Below, piece after piece: positions 51,927-64,000 of a stretch of DNA of 64,000 nucleotides. Source of the stretch: Macrostomum lignano (lineage: Eukaryota); contig NIVC01003772.1 of NCBI GenBank assembly GCA_002269645.1, positions 62,001 through 126,000 on the forward strand, in the 5' to 3' direction. Below the pieces are notes generated by a model. That model made no database searches. It was not told where the DNA came from and was given only the letters and a program-made list of their open reading frames with translations. How positions within the stretch are numbered: the first letter of the stretch is position 1; each line of letters opens with the position of its first letter. The position numbers and the translations under genes were made by a program.

Positions 51927-54900
51927 TTAATCAGATTCTGATTCTTCGCCAGATACCATCGATGCAGCCAGGTGCACCTCCTCAACTGAGGGCGCGCTTG
52001 TGCGACCTGCGGAACAATTGGAAAGAATTGCATTCGATTCGGTTTAGCTTGGGGACAACTCCCTCACCTACCTAGGTCTGTCTACTCTACCATTTCTTTC
52101 TGTGAAAGACACACAGACAGACAGGCAGACACAGGCAGACAGACAGACACTAAGACAGACAGACAGACAGACAGACAGACAGGCACACACACAAAGACAG
52201 ACAGACAGACAGGCAGACAGACAGACAAGCAGGCAGACACACAGGCAGACAGACAAACAGACACTAAGAGACAGGCAGACAGACAGACACTAAGACAGAC
52301 AGACAGACAGGCAGACAAACAGACAGACAGATAGATAGACAGACAGACAGACACTAAGACAGACAGACAGACAGACAGACAGGCAGGCAGACAGACAGAA
52401 AGGCACTCACGCTCGCGTCCCCGCTCAACAATGGAGTTGGCCCGCATGGCCAGCCTGGCGGTGGCAGCGATGGCCTCCACCGGAGAGCCGTCCTGCCTCG
52501 CAGCCGCGTCTCCAGCCACGTCGCCCTCGGCGCCACCAGAAGGATTAGCGAACGCGGTCGTCGCCGACCGAGTCACGGTGGACTCGTGCGGCATGAGTCG
52601 TTGCGGCGATCTGAACAGGTAGTTGCTAGGGTAGTGCCGCAGGTTGGTGACACGCTGGGCGTAGATATCGGCGTAGCGCTCCAGCTGGTAGGCGAAGCTG
52701 GTCAGGCGGCCCCCGGACCGGAACAGCGAGCCCAAGAAGCCGTAGGCGGTGTCCATCTGGCGGACAACGTCGCGAATATCGGCGCGAATGCGTTGGACCT
52801 CGCTAGCCGGCGGTCCCGGGTTCGAATCGCTGCCAGCTAGAGTGCAGTGAAGGTACATTCGGCCCATCTCGGCTTCCAACCGTTGCAGCCTCTCGAACAG
52901 CTGCTGGTCCTGCTTCCACACGAATAGCTCGTTCGCCAGCTCAGGCACAATGAGCAGGGTGCGCCAGCCGACCTTCTTGGACTTGATGATGTCGCCGAAG
53001 ATGTGATCGCCTGCGTACAGCACGTCTTTGCCGCGGCAGCCGATTAGGCGGGAGAACTCGGCGCAGGAGCCTGCGGAATGTGATGGGGAATGTTTCTGTA
53101 AGCTCCTTGGGGCGTCATTCAGCTGTGCTATTGAGGGTGATAATTGATCCTTTTAATTAACCTGTGCAACTTCATTTAATAAGGCTTTTTAATTCGTTCT
53201 GTGATATCTTGCTAGGTGAGGTGTTAGGGAGAGATCTCATTGAGAAGGGAGAGATTTAATCGAGAAGGGAGAGATCTCATCGAGAAGGGAGAGATCGCAT
53301 TGAGAAGGGAGAGTCAGTTATAAAAAATCGATATCCCTAATAGCTCTAATAGATTTACATGTGTAGCCGATATTGTTGCGTAAAATACTTTACAAAGCAA
53401 AATTCTAAATTGACATAAAAAGTTGGTGCACTTTAATTTCCAAATTGAAACACTGAAACTCAAATCAGCTTAATTCACCTACCCATACGTCATAAAAATA
53501 GATACCCTCAATATAGCTGTAATAAAAATGCACATACATTGCCGATATGTAGCGCAAAATACTTTTCAAAGCGGACTTCTATAGACTTAATAAAGTTAAA
53601 CTTTGTTTCAATTGAAGCCACTCACCACCCGAATAGACCACGCCAGACTGCAGCGGGCCCATGTGAGTACCCAGCTTGAGCTTGCCGCTAGAGCGATCAA
53701 CCACGCGCAGTAGGCTACCCTCGGCGAAGAACTTCGGCTTGCAGGCGCTAACTAATACGTAGTTGAACATGCCCACCCAGTTGGGGCCCAACAGGTAGGA
53801 CATGAGAGCGTCAGTGTACCAATACTCGGAATTAGTCAGTAGAAACACCTTCGCACCCGTAGCCTTTAACTGCTCCAGTAGATCCAACAGATCCGAGTCG
53901 GTGTGAACAAACTCGTCGATCTGTTCAACGGTGAGACGTTTCAACGAGTCGTCGTTGTGAATTGCGTCCGCCGCGCCTCGAACGTCATTGAATAGGGAGC
54001 GGTACGAGATGTTGAGCTCCTGGGGGATTGGAGGGACAGCACACAATAACGGTGAGATAGGGTGAGAACGGGGAAAGCAGAAAGAATCATAGTGCCCTCA
54101 AACAGACCTTGTACACAATGCCGTTCCGTTCCACCGAAGCCTACGGCAGGGCCTTGAAGAACTCAATGATGGAGGCCATGCAGTAGATCTCCGGCAAATT
54201 AAACAGAGTATCGTACACATAGAACCTGTCGCTCAGCTGTACAAACTTATTCTCGTACCAGGAGTGAAGCTCAGCGGACGGCACTACTGTTAGGCCAAAT
54301 AGGCAGCTTAATAAATTGCCAAACGAATCCACTTTAAGTAGGCAGCCGCGATCTTTGTCAAACCACAAGCCTCTGATAGGGAATGTGTGATCGTATTGGA
54401 ATTTGAGTATCTCGCTGGGGTAGCCAATGTCAACCAGGCGGTTGAGCATTAAACGGAAGGCTGCAGATTCGTAGCTGGGTGATTTGTACTGGGCAAGGGT
54501 GTAGTCCATGTCGAATCCGTAGAACTTGATGCGGTCCAGCTGCAGACTGCGGTTCACGAATATTCTGGGCAGAGGTCAGTGGGGGAGGTGGGCACTGGTG
54601 AGGGATCTTTGTAGGCTAAACAATATTCGTAAAGTACTTTGGCTGGACCAGCCTCCCAGTTCCTTAGTTGCTGGGCCAGCCTCCCAGATCCTCAGTTTCT
54701 GGGCCAGCCTCCCAGATCCTTAGTTGCTGGGCCAGCTTCCCAGTCCTTAGTTGCTGGGCCAGCCTCTCAGATCCTCAGTTGCTGGGCCAGCCTCCCAGAT
54801 CCTTAGTTGCTGGGCCAGCCTCCCAGATCCTCAGTTGCTGGGCCAGCCTCCCAGATCCTTAGTTGCTGGGCCAGCTTCCCAGTCCTTAGTTGCTGGGCCA

Positions 54901-56262
54901 GCCTCTCAGATCCTCAGTTGCTGGGCCAGCCTCCCAGATCCTCAGTTGCTCTGCCAGCCTCTCAGAGTGTCAGTTGCTGGGCCAGCCTCTTAGATCATCA
55001 GATGCTGGGCCAGCCTCCTAGAGTGTCAGTTGCTGGGCCAGCCTCTCAGATCCTCAGTTGCTGGGCCAGCCTCCCAGATCCTTAGTTGCTGGGCCAGCCT
55101 CCCAGAGTGTCAGTTGCTGGGCCAGCCTCCCAGATCCTTAGTTGCTGGGCCAGCCTCCCAGATCCTCAGTTGCTGGGCCAGCCTCCCAGTGTCAGTTGCT
55201 GGGCCAGCCTCCCAGAGTGTCAGTTGCTGTGCCAGCCTCCCAGATCCTTAGTTGCTGGGCCAGCCTCCCAGATCCTCAGTTGCTGGGCCAGCCTTCCAGA
55301 TCCTCAGTTGCTGGGCCAGCCTCCCAGAGTGTCAGTTGCTGGGCCAGCCTCCCAGATCCTCAGTTGCTGGGCCAGCCTCCCAGATCCTTAGTTGCTGGGC
55401 CAGCTTCCCAGTCCTTAGTTGCTGGGCCAGCCTCTCAGATCCTCAGTTGCTGGGCCAGCCTCCCAGATCCTTAGTTGCTGGGCCAGCCTTCCAGATCCTC
55501 AGTTGCTGGGCCAGCCTCCCAGATCCTTAGTTGCTGGGCCAGCTTCCCAGTCCTTAGTTGTTGGGCCAGCCTCTCAGATCCTCAGTTGCTGGGCCAGCCT
55601 CCCAGATCCTCAGTTGCTCTGCCAGCCTCTCAGAGTGTCAGTTGCTGGGCCAGCCTCCTAGATCATCAGATGCTGGGCCAGCCTCCTAGAGTGTCAGTTG
55701 CTGGGCCAGCCTCCCAGATCCTTAGTTGCTGGGCCAGCCTCCCAGAGTGTCAGTTGCTGGGCCAGCCTCCCAGATCCTTAGTTGCTGGGCCAGCCTCAAA
55801 GATCCTCAGTTGCTGGGCCAGCCTCCCAGATCCTCAGTTGCTGGGCCAGCCACCCAGTGTCAGTTGCTGGGCCAGCCTCCCAGAGTGTCAGTTGCTGTGC
55901 CAGCCTCCCAGAGTGTCAGTTGCTGGGCCAGCCTCCCAGATCCTCAGTTGCTGGGCCAGCCTTCCAGATCCTCAGTTGCTGGGCCAGCCTCCCAGAGTGT
56001 CAGTTGCTGGGCCAGCCTCCCAGAGTGTCAGTTGCTGGGCCAGCCTCCCAGATCCTCAGTTGCTGGGCCAGCCTCCCAGATCCTTAGTTGCTGGGCCAGC
56101 CTCCCAGAGTGTCAGTTGCTGGGCCATCACCCTTCATCGTCAAGCAATAAGCGACCATTCTCAAAAGCAAAGCACGCACCTGTGACCAGTCTCACGCTTG
56201 AGCAATTGAAATTCGGAAGACTTCTTCTCCGACCAAGTGTTGGCTCTGCTGTAGTAGTCCAT
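51927..56262 (-). CDS. NT5C2: Cytosolic purine 5'-nucleotidase cN-II (HAD family); contains an in-frame TAG at codon ~169 (possible pseudogene or sequence error)
   Basis: Exons (minus): 56262-56180, 54564-54108, 54019-53626, 53070-52411, 52006-51927 (~557 codons). Motifs HRIFVNRSL, GFDMDYTLAQYKSP, KVFLLTNSEY, VYSGGS, LYAGDHIFGDIIKSKK-GWRT, GFLGSLFRSG and an acidic C-tail. TAG at 54143-54141. AATAAA (minus) at 51848-51843. Confidence 0.9.
52110..52400. repeat. (CAGA)n = sense (TCTG)n microsatellite, NT5C2 last intron
   Basis: Interrupted tetranucleotide run. Confidence 0.95.
54640..56125. repeat. ~28-bp minisatellite (AGTTGCTGGGCCAGCCTCCCAGATCCTY), NT5C2 intron 1
   Basis: Tandem periodicity with a ~668-bp higher-order duplication. 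Confidence 0.97.
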
Positions 56263-56832
56263 GTCCAGCCTTTGCAGGATGTGTTTACAAAATGCCCTAC
56301 CGTAGTTCTATTTATATATTAATCTAATTCAAAGTCATCCAATTGGGAAGCTCAGAAAAAAATGGGCAATCTATATAATAATGACTACTAAATATAGAGT
56401 CATGTCAGCTATTTACAGATTTCTTTTGAGGTAGAAATATTTTCCCAAGAAAACAATCAATCTGGCACAAACGTTAATTAGGAAGGGCGGTTGCCAGGCA
56501 AACGAAGATTTGCCTATCAATTATAATACCATAAATAGGACTCTTATTCGCCTTGGATCCTTAGCTTCATCCACATACCTAACCGTCTATATAATAAAAC
56601 TACTTATAAGTAGTGTAAACGCGCATCAACAAAAGGTAGAAAAAAAGAAAATCAAAGAAACACTTTAATACAACAAAAAAAGAAACGATCACAGAGGGTT
56701 TTTATTCTAAAACAGTTTTTTACAGAATTTGTCTGGTTGGCTTCTAGTTTGTTTTAATCCAGTGTATTTGTTTTTTAATAGGAAAATAACTCTAAAGACT
56801 GCTTATAGTAGGCGCAGTATAAGGCGCGCCAG

Positions 56833-59800
56833 TCACCAGTATTTGTCATCGACTAGCAGATTGTCGGCATCTCCAGTCTGCCAGGTGCCAACAAAGCCAG
56901 GTCTCACTTGTCGTCTGGCTGTTAACTTGGCTGTTGATTCGGGATTTGAGTAGGATAATTCATGTAGGCGTGCTCTCTGGCGCTCTTTCACTGATGCAGC
57001 TGCTTTGTCGCCATTGCTTGCCTGCGTAAAATAGTTTTAGAGCGATTGGCGCTGAAATCCAGCCTCTGGCGCTAAAATCCAGCCTCTGGCGCTAAAATCT
57101 AGCCTGTGACGCCAAAATCTAGCCTCTGGTGCTAAAATCCAGTCTGTGACCCTAATATCTAGCCTGTGGCGCTAGTTTAGCCTGTGGCGCTAAAATCTAG
57201 CCTGTGGCCCCAAAATCTAGCTTGTGGCGCTAAAATTTAGTCTGTGACTTTGTGGCGCTAAAATTTAGTCTGTGACTTTGTGGCGCTAAAATTTAGTCTG
57301 TGACTTTGTGGCGCTAAATTTAGTCTGTGACTTTGTGGCGCTAAAATTTAGTCTGTGACTTTGTGGCGCTAAATTTAGTCTGTGACTTTGTGGCGCTAAA
57401 ATTTAGTCTGTGACTTTGTGGCGCTAAAATCTAGCCTGTGGCGCTAAAATCCAGTCTGTGGCGCTAAAATCCAGTCTGTGGCGCTAAAACCCAGTCTGTG
57501 GCGCTAAAATCCCGTCTGTGGTGCTAAAATCTAGCCTGTGGCGCCAAAATCTAGCTTGTGGCGCTGAAATTAGTTTGTGGCGCTTAAATCTAGCAGCTGT
57601 AACGCTAAAATCTAGCCTGGGGCGAAAATCTAGCTTGTGGCGCTGAAATCTAGTTTGTGGCGCTAAAATCTAGTCTGTGGCTCTAAAATCGAGTTTGTGG
57701 CGCTAAAATCCAGCCTGTGGCTCTAAAATCGAGTTTGTGGCGCTAAAATCCAGCCTGTGGCGCTAAAATCTAGCCTGTGGCGCTAATATCTAGCCTGTTG
57801 CGCTAATATCTAGTTTGTGGCGCTTTAAACCAGCCTGTGGTGCTAAAATCTTGTCTGTGGCGCCATAAACTAGCCTGTGGCGCCATGAACCAGCCTGTGG
57901 CTCTAAAATCTAACCTGTGGTGCTAAAATCTAGTCTGTGGCGCCATAAACCTGCCTGTGGCGCCATAAACCAGCTTGTGGCGCTAAAATCTAGTCTGTGG
58001 CGCTAAAATCTAGCCTGTGGCGCTAAAATCTAGTCTGTTTGCGCTAAAATCTAGTCTGTGGCGCCATAAACCTGCCTCTGGCGCCATAAACCTGCCTCTG
58101 GCGCCATAAACCAGCCTGTGGCGCTAAAATCTAGTCTGTGGCGCTAAAATCTAGTCTGTGGCGCTAAAATCTAGTCTGTGGCGCTAAAATCTAGCCTGTG
58201 GCGCTAAAATCCGTCTGTGGCGCTAAAATCTAGTCTGTGGCGCTAAAATCTAGCCTGTTGGCGCTAAAATCTAGCCTGCTCACCTGATCAGACCCATCGT
58301 CAGACTCCTTGCCCAGCTCGGGAGCTCGCACTCCCAGCTGAGACTCCCACTCCTCGGCAACCAGATGATACAATTTCAGGCAAGCGTCGGCGTCTTCAAC
58401 TGAGTCGTGCTCGCGCTGCTGGATTCTCAGATTGAGCAGAGCGAGGGAGAGACTGCGCAGACTGGCCGGCCGCTTGCCCTGGGGCGGCATGCCAGCTTTG
58501 GCCTTGGCGTAGGGTGGGTGGGGTATCGGGGTGATTGGGCGATAACTGTTGTCTTGAAAACTGTAAGGCTCTGGGCGTGAGATAACGGATGGTGCATAAG
58601 TTGAGACAGGGGTGAGATAGGAGTGAGACAGAGGTGAGATAGGAGTGACACAGGAGTGAGATTAGGTGAAATAGGGGTGAGATAGGGGTGAGACAGGGGT
58701 GAGATTTAGGTAAGTAGGGGTGAGAGTGAGATAGGTGTGAGACAGGTGCGAGACAGGAGTGAGATTAGGTGAGATAGGGGGAGATAGGGGTGAGACAAGG
58801 GTGAGATATAGGTAAGATAGGGGTGAGAGTGGGATAGGTGTGAGACAGGTGCGAGATAGGAGTGAGATTAGGTGAGATGGTGTGAGATAGGGGTGAAACA
58901 GGGACTGTGAGGTATAGGTAAGATAGGGGTGAGAGTGAGATAGGGGTGAGACAGGGGTGAGATAGAATGAGATATGGCTGAAACAGGTGTGAGACAGGGA
59001 GATAAGAATGGGATATGGATGAGAAAGGGATGAGAACACTCGGGCAGTCCAGAAGGCTCACCTGCAGCAGAACACACTTGCTAGTGTCCCGAACCAGACC
59101 CTCCGGATGGTGCAACCGCAGCACTCTCAAATCGTTATGCAATGCGTGACCAACTAAAACTCGACCCCGTACAGCCCGACGGACCAGATCCTGAACGGCG
59201 TCGAATGGAAGGCCGCGTGAGAGGTCGGCAGCTCGAATGCCGCTCCATCTGGTTCGGTAATCTGTTACTGGCTCGTCTGGCAGGCACATCACATCTAGCA
59301 GCACCTGACAGGTGGATTGGGAGACAGATTAATGAGCATCGTCTACCATGCCTTATCTACTCCAGTCCATGATCGACTGTCTAGCCCAGTCCATGATCTA
59401 CCGTCTACCCCAGTCCATGATCTACAGTCTACCCCAGTCCATGATCTACAGTCTACCCCAATCCATGATCTACAGTCTACCCCAGTCCATGATCTACAGT
59501 CTACCCCAGTCCATGATCTACCGTCTACCCCAATCCATGATCTACAGTCTACCCCAGTCCATGATCTACAGTCTACCCCAGTCCATGATCTACCGTCTAC
59601 CCCAATCCATGATCTACAGTCTACCCCAGTCCATGATCTACAGTCTACCCCAGTCCATGATCTACCGTCTACCCCAATCCATGATCTACAGTCTACCCCA
59701 ATCCATGATCAACCGTCTACCCCAATCCATGATCTACAGCCTACCCCAATCCATGATCTACCGTCTACCCCAATCCATGATCTACAGTCTACCCCAACCC

Positions 59801-61660
59801 TGATTTACCATAACTATCTACCCCCAATCCATGATCTACAGTCTACCCCAATCCATGATCTACAGTCTACCCCAATCCATGATCTACCGTTTACCCCAAT
59901 CCATGATCTACAGTCTACCCCAATCAATGATCTACCGTCTACCTCAATCCATGATCTACAGTCTACCCCAATCCATGATCTACAGTCTACCCCAATCCAT
60001 GATCTACAGTCTACCCCAATCCATGATCTACAGTATACCCCAACCCTGATTTACCATAACTATCTATCCCCAATCCATGATCTACCATAACTATCTACCC
60101 CCAATCCATGATCTACCATAACTATCTACCCCCAATCCATGATCTACCATAACTATCTATCCCCAATCCATGATCTACCATAACTATCTATCCCCAATCC
60201 ATGATCTACCATAACTATCTATCCCCAATCCATGATCTACCATAACTATCTATCCCCAATCCATGATCTACCATAACTATCTATCCTCAATCCATGATCT
60301 ACCATAACTATCTACTCACCCAATCCATGATCTACCATAACTATCTATCCCCAATCCATGATCTACCATAACTATCTACTCACCCAATCCATGATCTACC
60401 ATAACTATCTACTCACCCAATCCATGATCTACCATAACTATCTACTCACCCAATCCATGATCTACCATAATTATCTACTCACCCAATCCATGATCTACCA
60501 TAACTATCTACTCACCCAATCCATGATCTACCATAACTATCTACTCACACAATCCATGATCTACCATAACTATCTACTCACCCAATCCATGATCTACCAT
60601 AACTATCTATCCCCAATCCATGATCTACCATAACTATCTATCCCCAATCCATGATCTACCATAACTATCTATCCTCAATCCATGATCTACCATAACTATC
60701 TATCCTCAATCCATGATCTACCATAACTATCTACTCACCCAATCCATGATCTACCATAACTATCTATCCCCAATCCATGATCTACCATAACTATCTACTC
60801 ACCCAATCCATGATCTACCATAACTATCTACTCACCCAATCCATGATCTACCATAATTATCTACTCACCCAATCCATGATCTACCATAACTATCTACTCA
60901 CCCAATCCATGATCTACCATAACTATCTACTCACACAATCCATGATCTACCATAACTATCTACTCACCCAATCCATGATCTACCATAACTATCTATCCCC
61001 AATCCATGATCTACCATAACTATCTATCCCCAATCCATGATCTACCATAACTATCTATCCTCAATCCATGATCTACCATAACTATCTATCCTCAATCCAT
61101 GATCTACCATAACTATCTACTCACCCAATCCATGATCTACCATAACTATCCACCCCCAATCCATGATCTACCATAACTATCTACTCACCCAATCCATGAT
61201 CTACCATAACTATCTATCCCCAATCCATGATCTACCAAAAACGACAAAAGATCTATTTCATAACCATAAGGATCAATCTACCTTCTGTTCATCTACACAC
61301 CTGTTATCACCTGTGCCATTAACTAACCAAAGTACTATAAAATATAGGCATTAACCCATTCAAAAAAAGTCTCACATCTCCTCTCTCGTTGAGCACGCTA
61401 GCTCTTCCTAGAGCGCTAACGCTGCCTCTTGGCCCGGTGCCAACAAATTCGCAATCAATAGCCACCACTTGAGTGGCTAAGTTAGGCTCATCTAGGCGAA
61501 CAATGTTAGTTCTAATAATTGGCAGCGCCTTTGACCGAGAAAAGAAATTGTTACGAATATTTAAACGGGCACGTTTGACTCCGATGGACTGCTGCTTAGC
61601 TGATGCACTTTGTCGTTTTGTACTTCCGACAGCGCGTTTTTCATGAGAAGTTGATGCCAT
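56833..61660 (-). CDS. DEDDh 3'-5' exonuclease of the REXO4/ISG20/AEN family, AEN/ISG20L2-like, ~311 aa
   Basis: Exons (minus): 61660-61376, 59304-59062, 58502-58284, 57021-56833. ExoI VAIDCEFVGTGPRG, DYRTRWSGI, ExoII LVGHALHNDL and ExoIII HDSVEDA are intact. C-terminus DNLLVDDKYW. AATAAA (minus) at 56706-56701. Confidence 0.88.
57045..58278. repeat. 20-bp minisatellite (TGTGGCGCTAAAATCTAGYC), exonuclease intron 3
   Basis: Tandem periodicity reaching the donor site. Confidence 0.95.
58600..59035. repeat. GA-rich ~10-bp repeat (GGTGAGATAG), exonuclease intron 2
   Basis: Degenerate tandem words; a similar array lies at 62450-62770. Confidence 0.85.
59345..61240. repeat. Bipartite minisatellite: 24-bp unit (to ~60050), then 32-33-bp unit; shared core CAATCCATGATCTAC; exonuclease intron 1
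   Basis: 8-aa then 11-aa periodicity in the ORF track; 419-bp higher-order duplication. Confidence 0.96.
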
Positions 61661-61749
61661 TCGCTGCTAGTAAAAACTGAAAATTTACCTGCAAATTGGA
61701 ATGAAAAAAGATTCTCTTCAGTTGCTTGTTATGAGCGATTCAGAAATGA

Positions 61750-62140
61750 TCAAGGGCGAATCTCAGGGTAGATCGAGGGCGATTCTTATGGTAAATTGAG
61801 GGCAAATCTCAGGGTAGATTGATGGCGATTCTCAGATCTCAGGGTAGATTGAAGGCGATTCTCAGGGTAGATTGAGGCGATTCTCGGGGTAGATTGAGGG
61901 CGATTCTCGGGGTAGATTGAGGGCAAATCTCAGGGTAGATTGATGGCGATTCTCAGATCTCAGGGTAGATTGAGGGCGATTCTCAGATCTCAGGGTAGAT
62001 TGAGGGGGATTCTCAGGGTAGATTAAGGGCGATTCTCGGGGTAGATTGAGGGCGATTCTCGGGGTAGATTGAGGGCAAATCTCAGGGTAGATTGATGGCG
62101 ATTCTCAGGGTAGATTAAGGGCGATTCTCGGGGTAGATTG
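61750..62140. repeat. 23-bp minisatellite (GGGTAGATTGAGGGCGATTCTCA) between ERCC1 and the exonuclease gene
   Basis: Tandem periodicity; reverse complement carries the AATCGCCC core. Confidence 0.93.
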
Positions 62141-62449
62141 ACACAAAACACAAATTTGAAGCGTTAACAAACACCGATAAAGACATTAATTGAATAGAAA
62201 AACAGTTTATTATTTTGATATACACAAAAATGCAGTGCGCAAGTTGCAGAAAACAGGCAGAAGTTACATGTATAGTTCAAAATTAGGTTGCGAAGATGCA
62301 AAATATTTTTTCCGGTTTCTAGGTAATGGTTTCTCGGAACAAAATACATTTATGAAGGAATAAAAGTGAGAAGAGTGGCCAGGAGGTTAGTGGCTGATAC
62401 CTATCAATAATTAGAGACTAATAGCGGCATTTGTGAGACTTATCGTGAG

Positions 62450-62770
62450 ATAAGAATTGAGATAAGGACGAAATAAGGGCCCTTAAGGGGTGAGATGTAG
62501 ATGAGATAGTGTGAGATATGGTTGAAGTAAAAGGGTGAGATAGGAGCGAGCAACATGTATGCGTGAGATAGGGATGGGTAAGGGTGAGATGAAGGTAAGA
62601 AAATGAGATAGGGGTTAGATGGGTGAGATAAAGGTGAGATAGGGATGAGATATCGGTGGATGGGGGTGAGATGGGGTAAGATAGGGATGAGATCGGGTGA
62701 GATATAGGTGAGATAAGGGTGAGAAACATGGATGAGAAGACAGGATGAGTGAGATACGGATGAGATCGGG
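62450..62770. repeat. GA-rich degenerate repeat (GGTGAGAT) in the ERCC1 3' region
   Basis: Recurrent ~10-bp words. Confidence 0.8.
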
Positions 62771-62810
62771 AACAATGAGGAGACTAATCCCAGACCCAGA
62801 CCATCAGCCT

Positions 62811-64000
<1,190 letters not shown>

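Noticed and set aside
52068-52099. Short last exon of NT5C2 (QRNGRVDRPR*)
   Set aside because: The downstream exon 52006-51927 has a better acceptor, matching phase, the acidic tail typical of cN-II and a nearby AATAAA. The short exon could at most be a minor alternative.
54141-54143. Variant genetic code with TAG as a sense codon
   Set aside because: TAG is the evident terminator of GCN1 (51432-51434), and no other in-frame TAG occurs in the other reconstructed exons.
56490-56503. RFX X-box-like GTTGCCAGGCAAAC upstream of NT5C2
   Set aside because: The second half-site is imperfect and a single short motif cannot be supported without conservation data.

Overview
Eukaryotic (metazoan) genomic DNA, most likely a Macrostomum-like flatworm. 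That assignment is inferred from the minisatellite-stuffed introns and a sequence resembling the Macrostomum spliced leader. Seven protein-coding genes can be reconstructed: a PAN/C-type-lectin gene (+, 5'-partial), IFT81 (-, 8 exons), SNRK (+, 3 coding exons), GCN1 (+, 22 exons over ~30 kb), cytosolic 5'-nucleotidase II NT5C2 (-, 5 exons), an AEN/ISG20L2/REXO4-family DEDDh exonuclease (-, 4 exons) and ERCC1 (-, 5'-partial). Three genes carry apparent lesions: a 1-nt deletion in IFT81, a 1-nt deletion in GCN1 and an in-frame TAG in NT5C2. Almost every larger intron is filled by its own micro- or minisatellite (units mostly 18-33 bp), and the long low-complexity ORFs in the ORF track are artefacts of these arrays. 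Mobile elements include a 315-bp mini-Helitron, an 8-bp-TSD MITE, a 4.4-kb long-TIR element with an 8-bp TSD and a nested satellite-carrying Helitron, a probable 2.2-kb solo LTR with an intact Pol II promoter, and tRNA-derived/CORE-type SINE sequence, one head of which appears to have seeded a satellite. The most notable signals are the diverged spliced-leader-like 44-mer at 1512-1555, the pervasive intron-confined minisatellites with related core words, an inverted satellite pair bracketing GCN1 exons 6-9, a 32-bp exon-end duplication flanking a satellite insertion, and a candidate ERCC1 to exonuclease trans-spliced operon. No CRISPR array or intact tRNA/rRNA gene was found.
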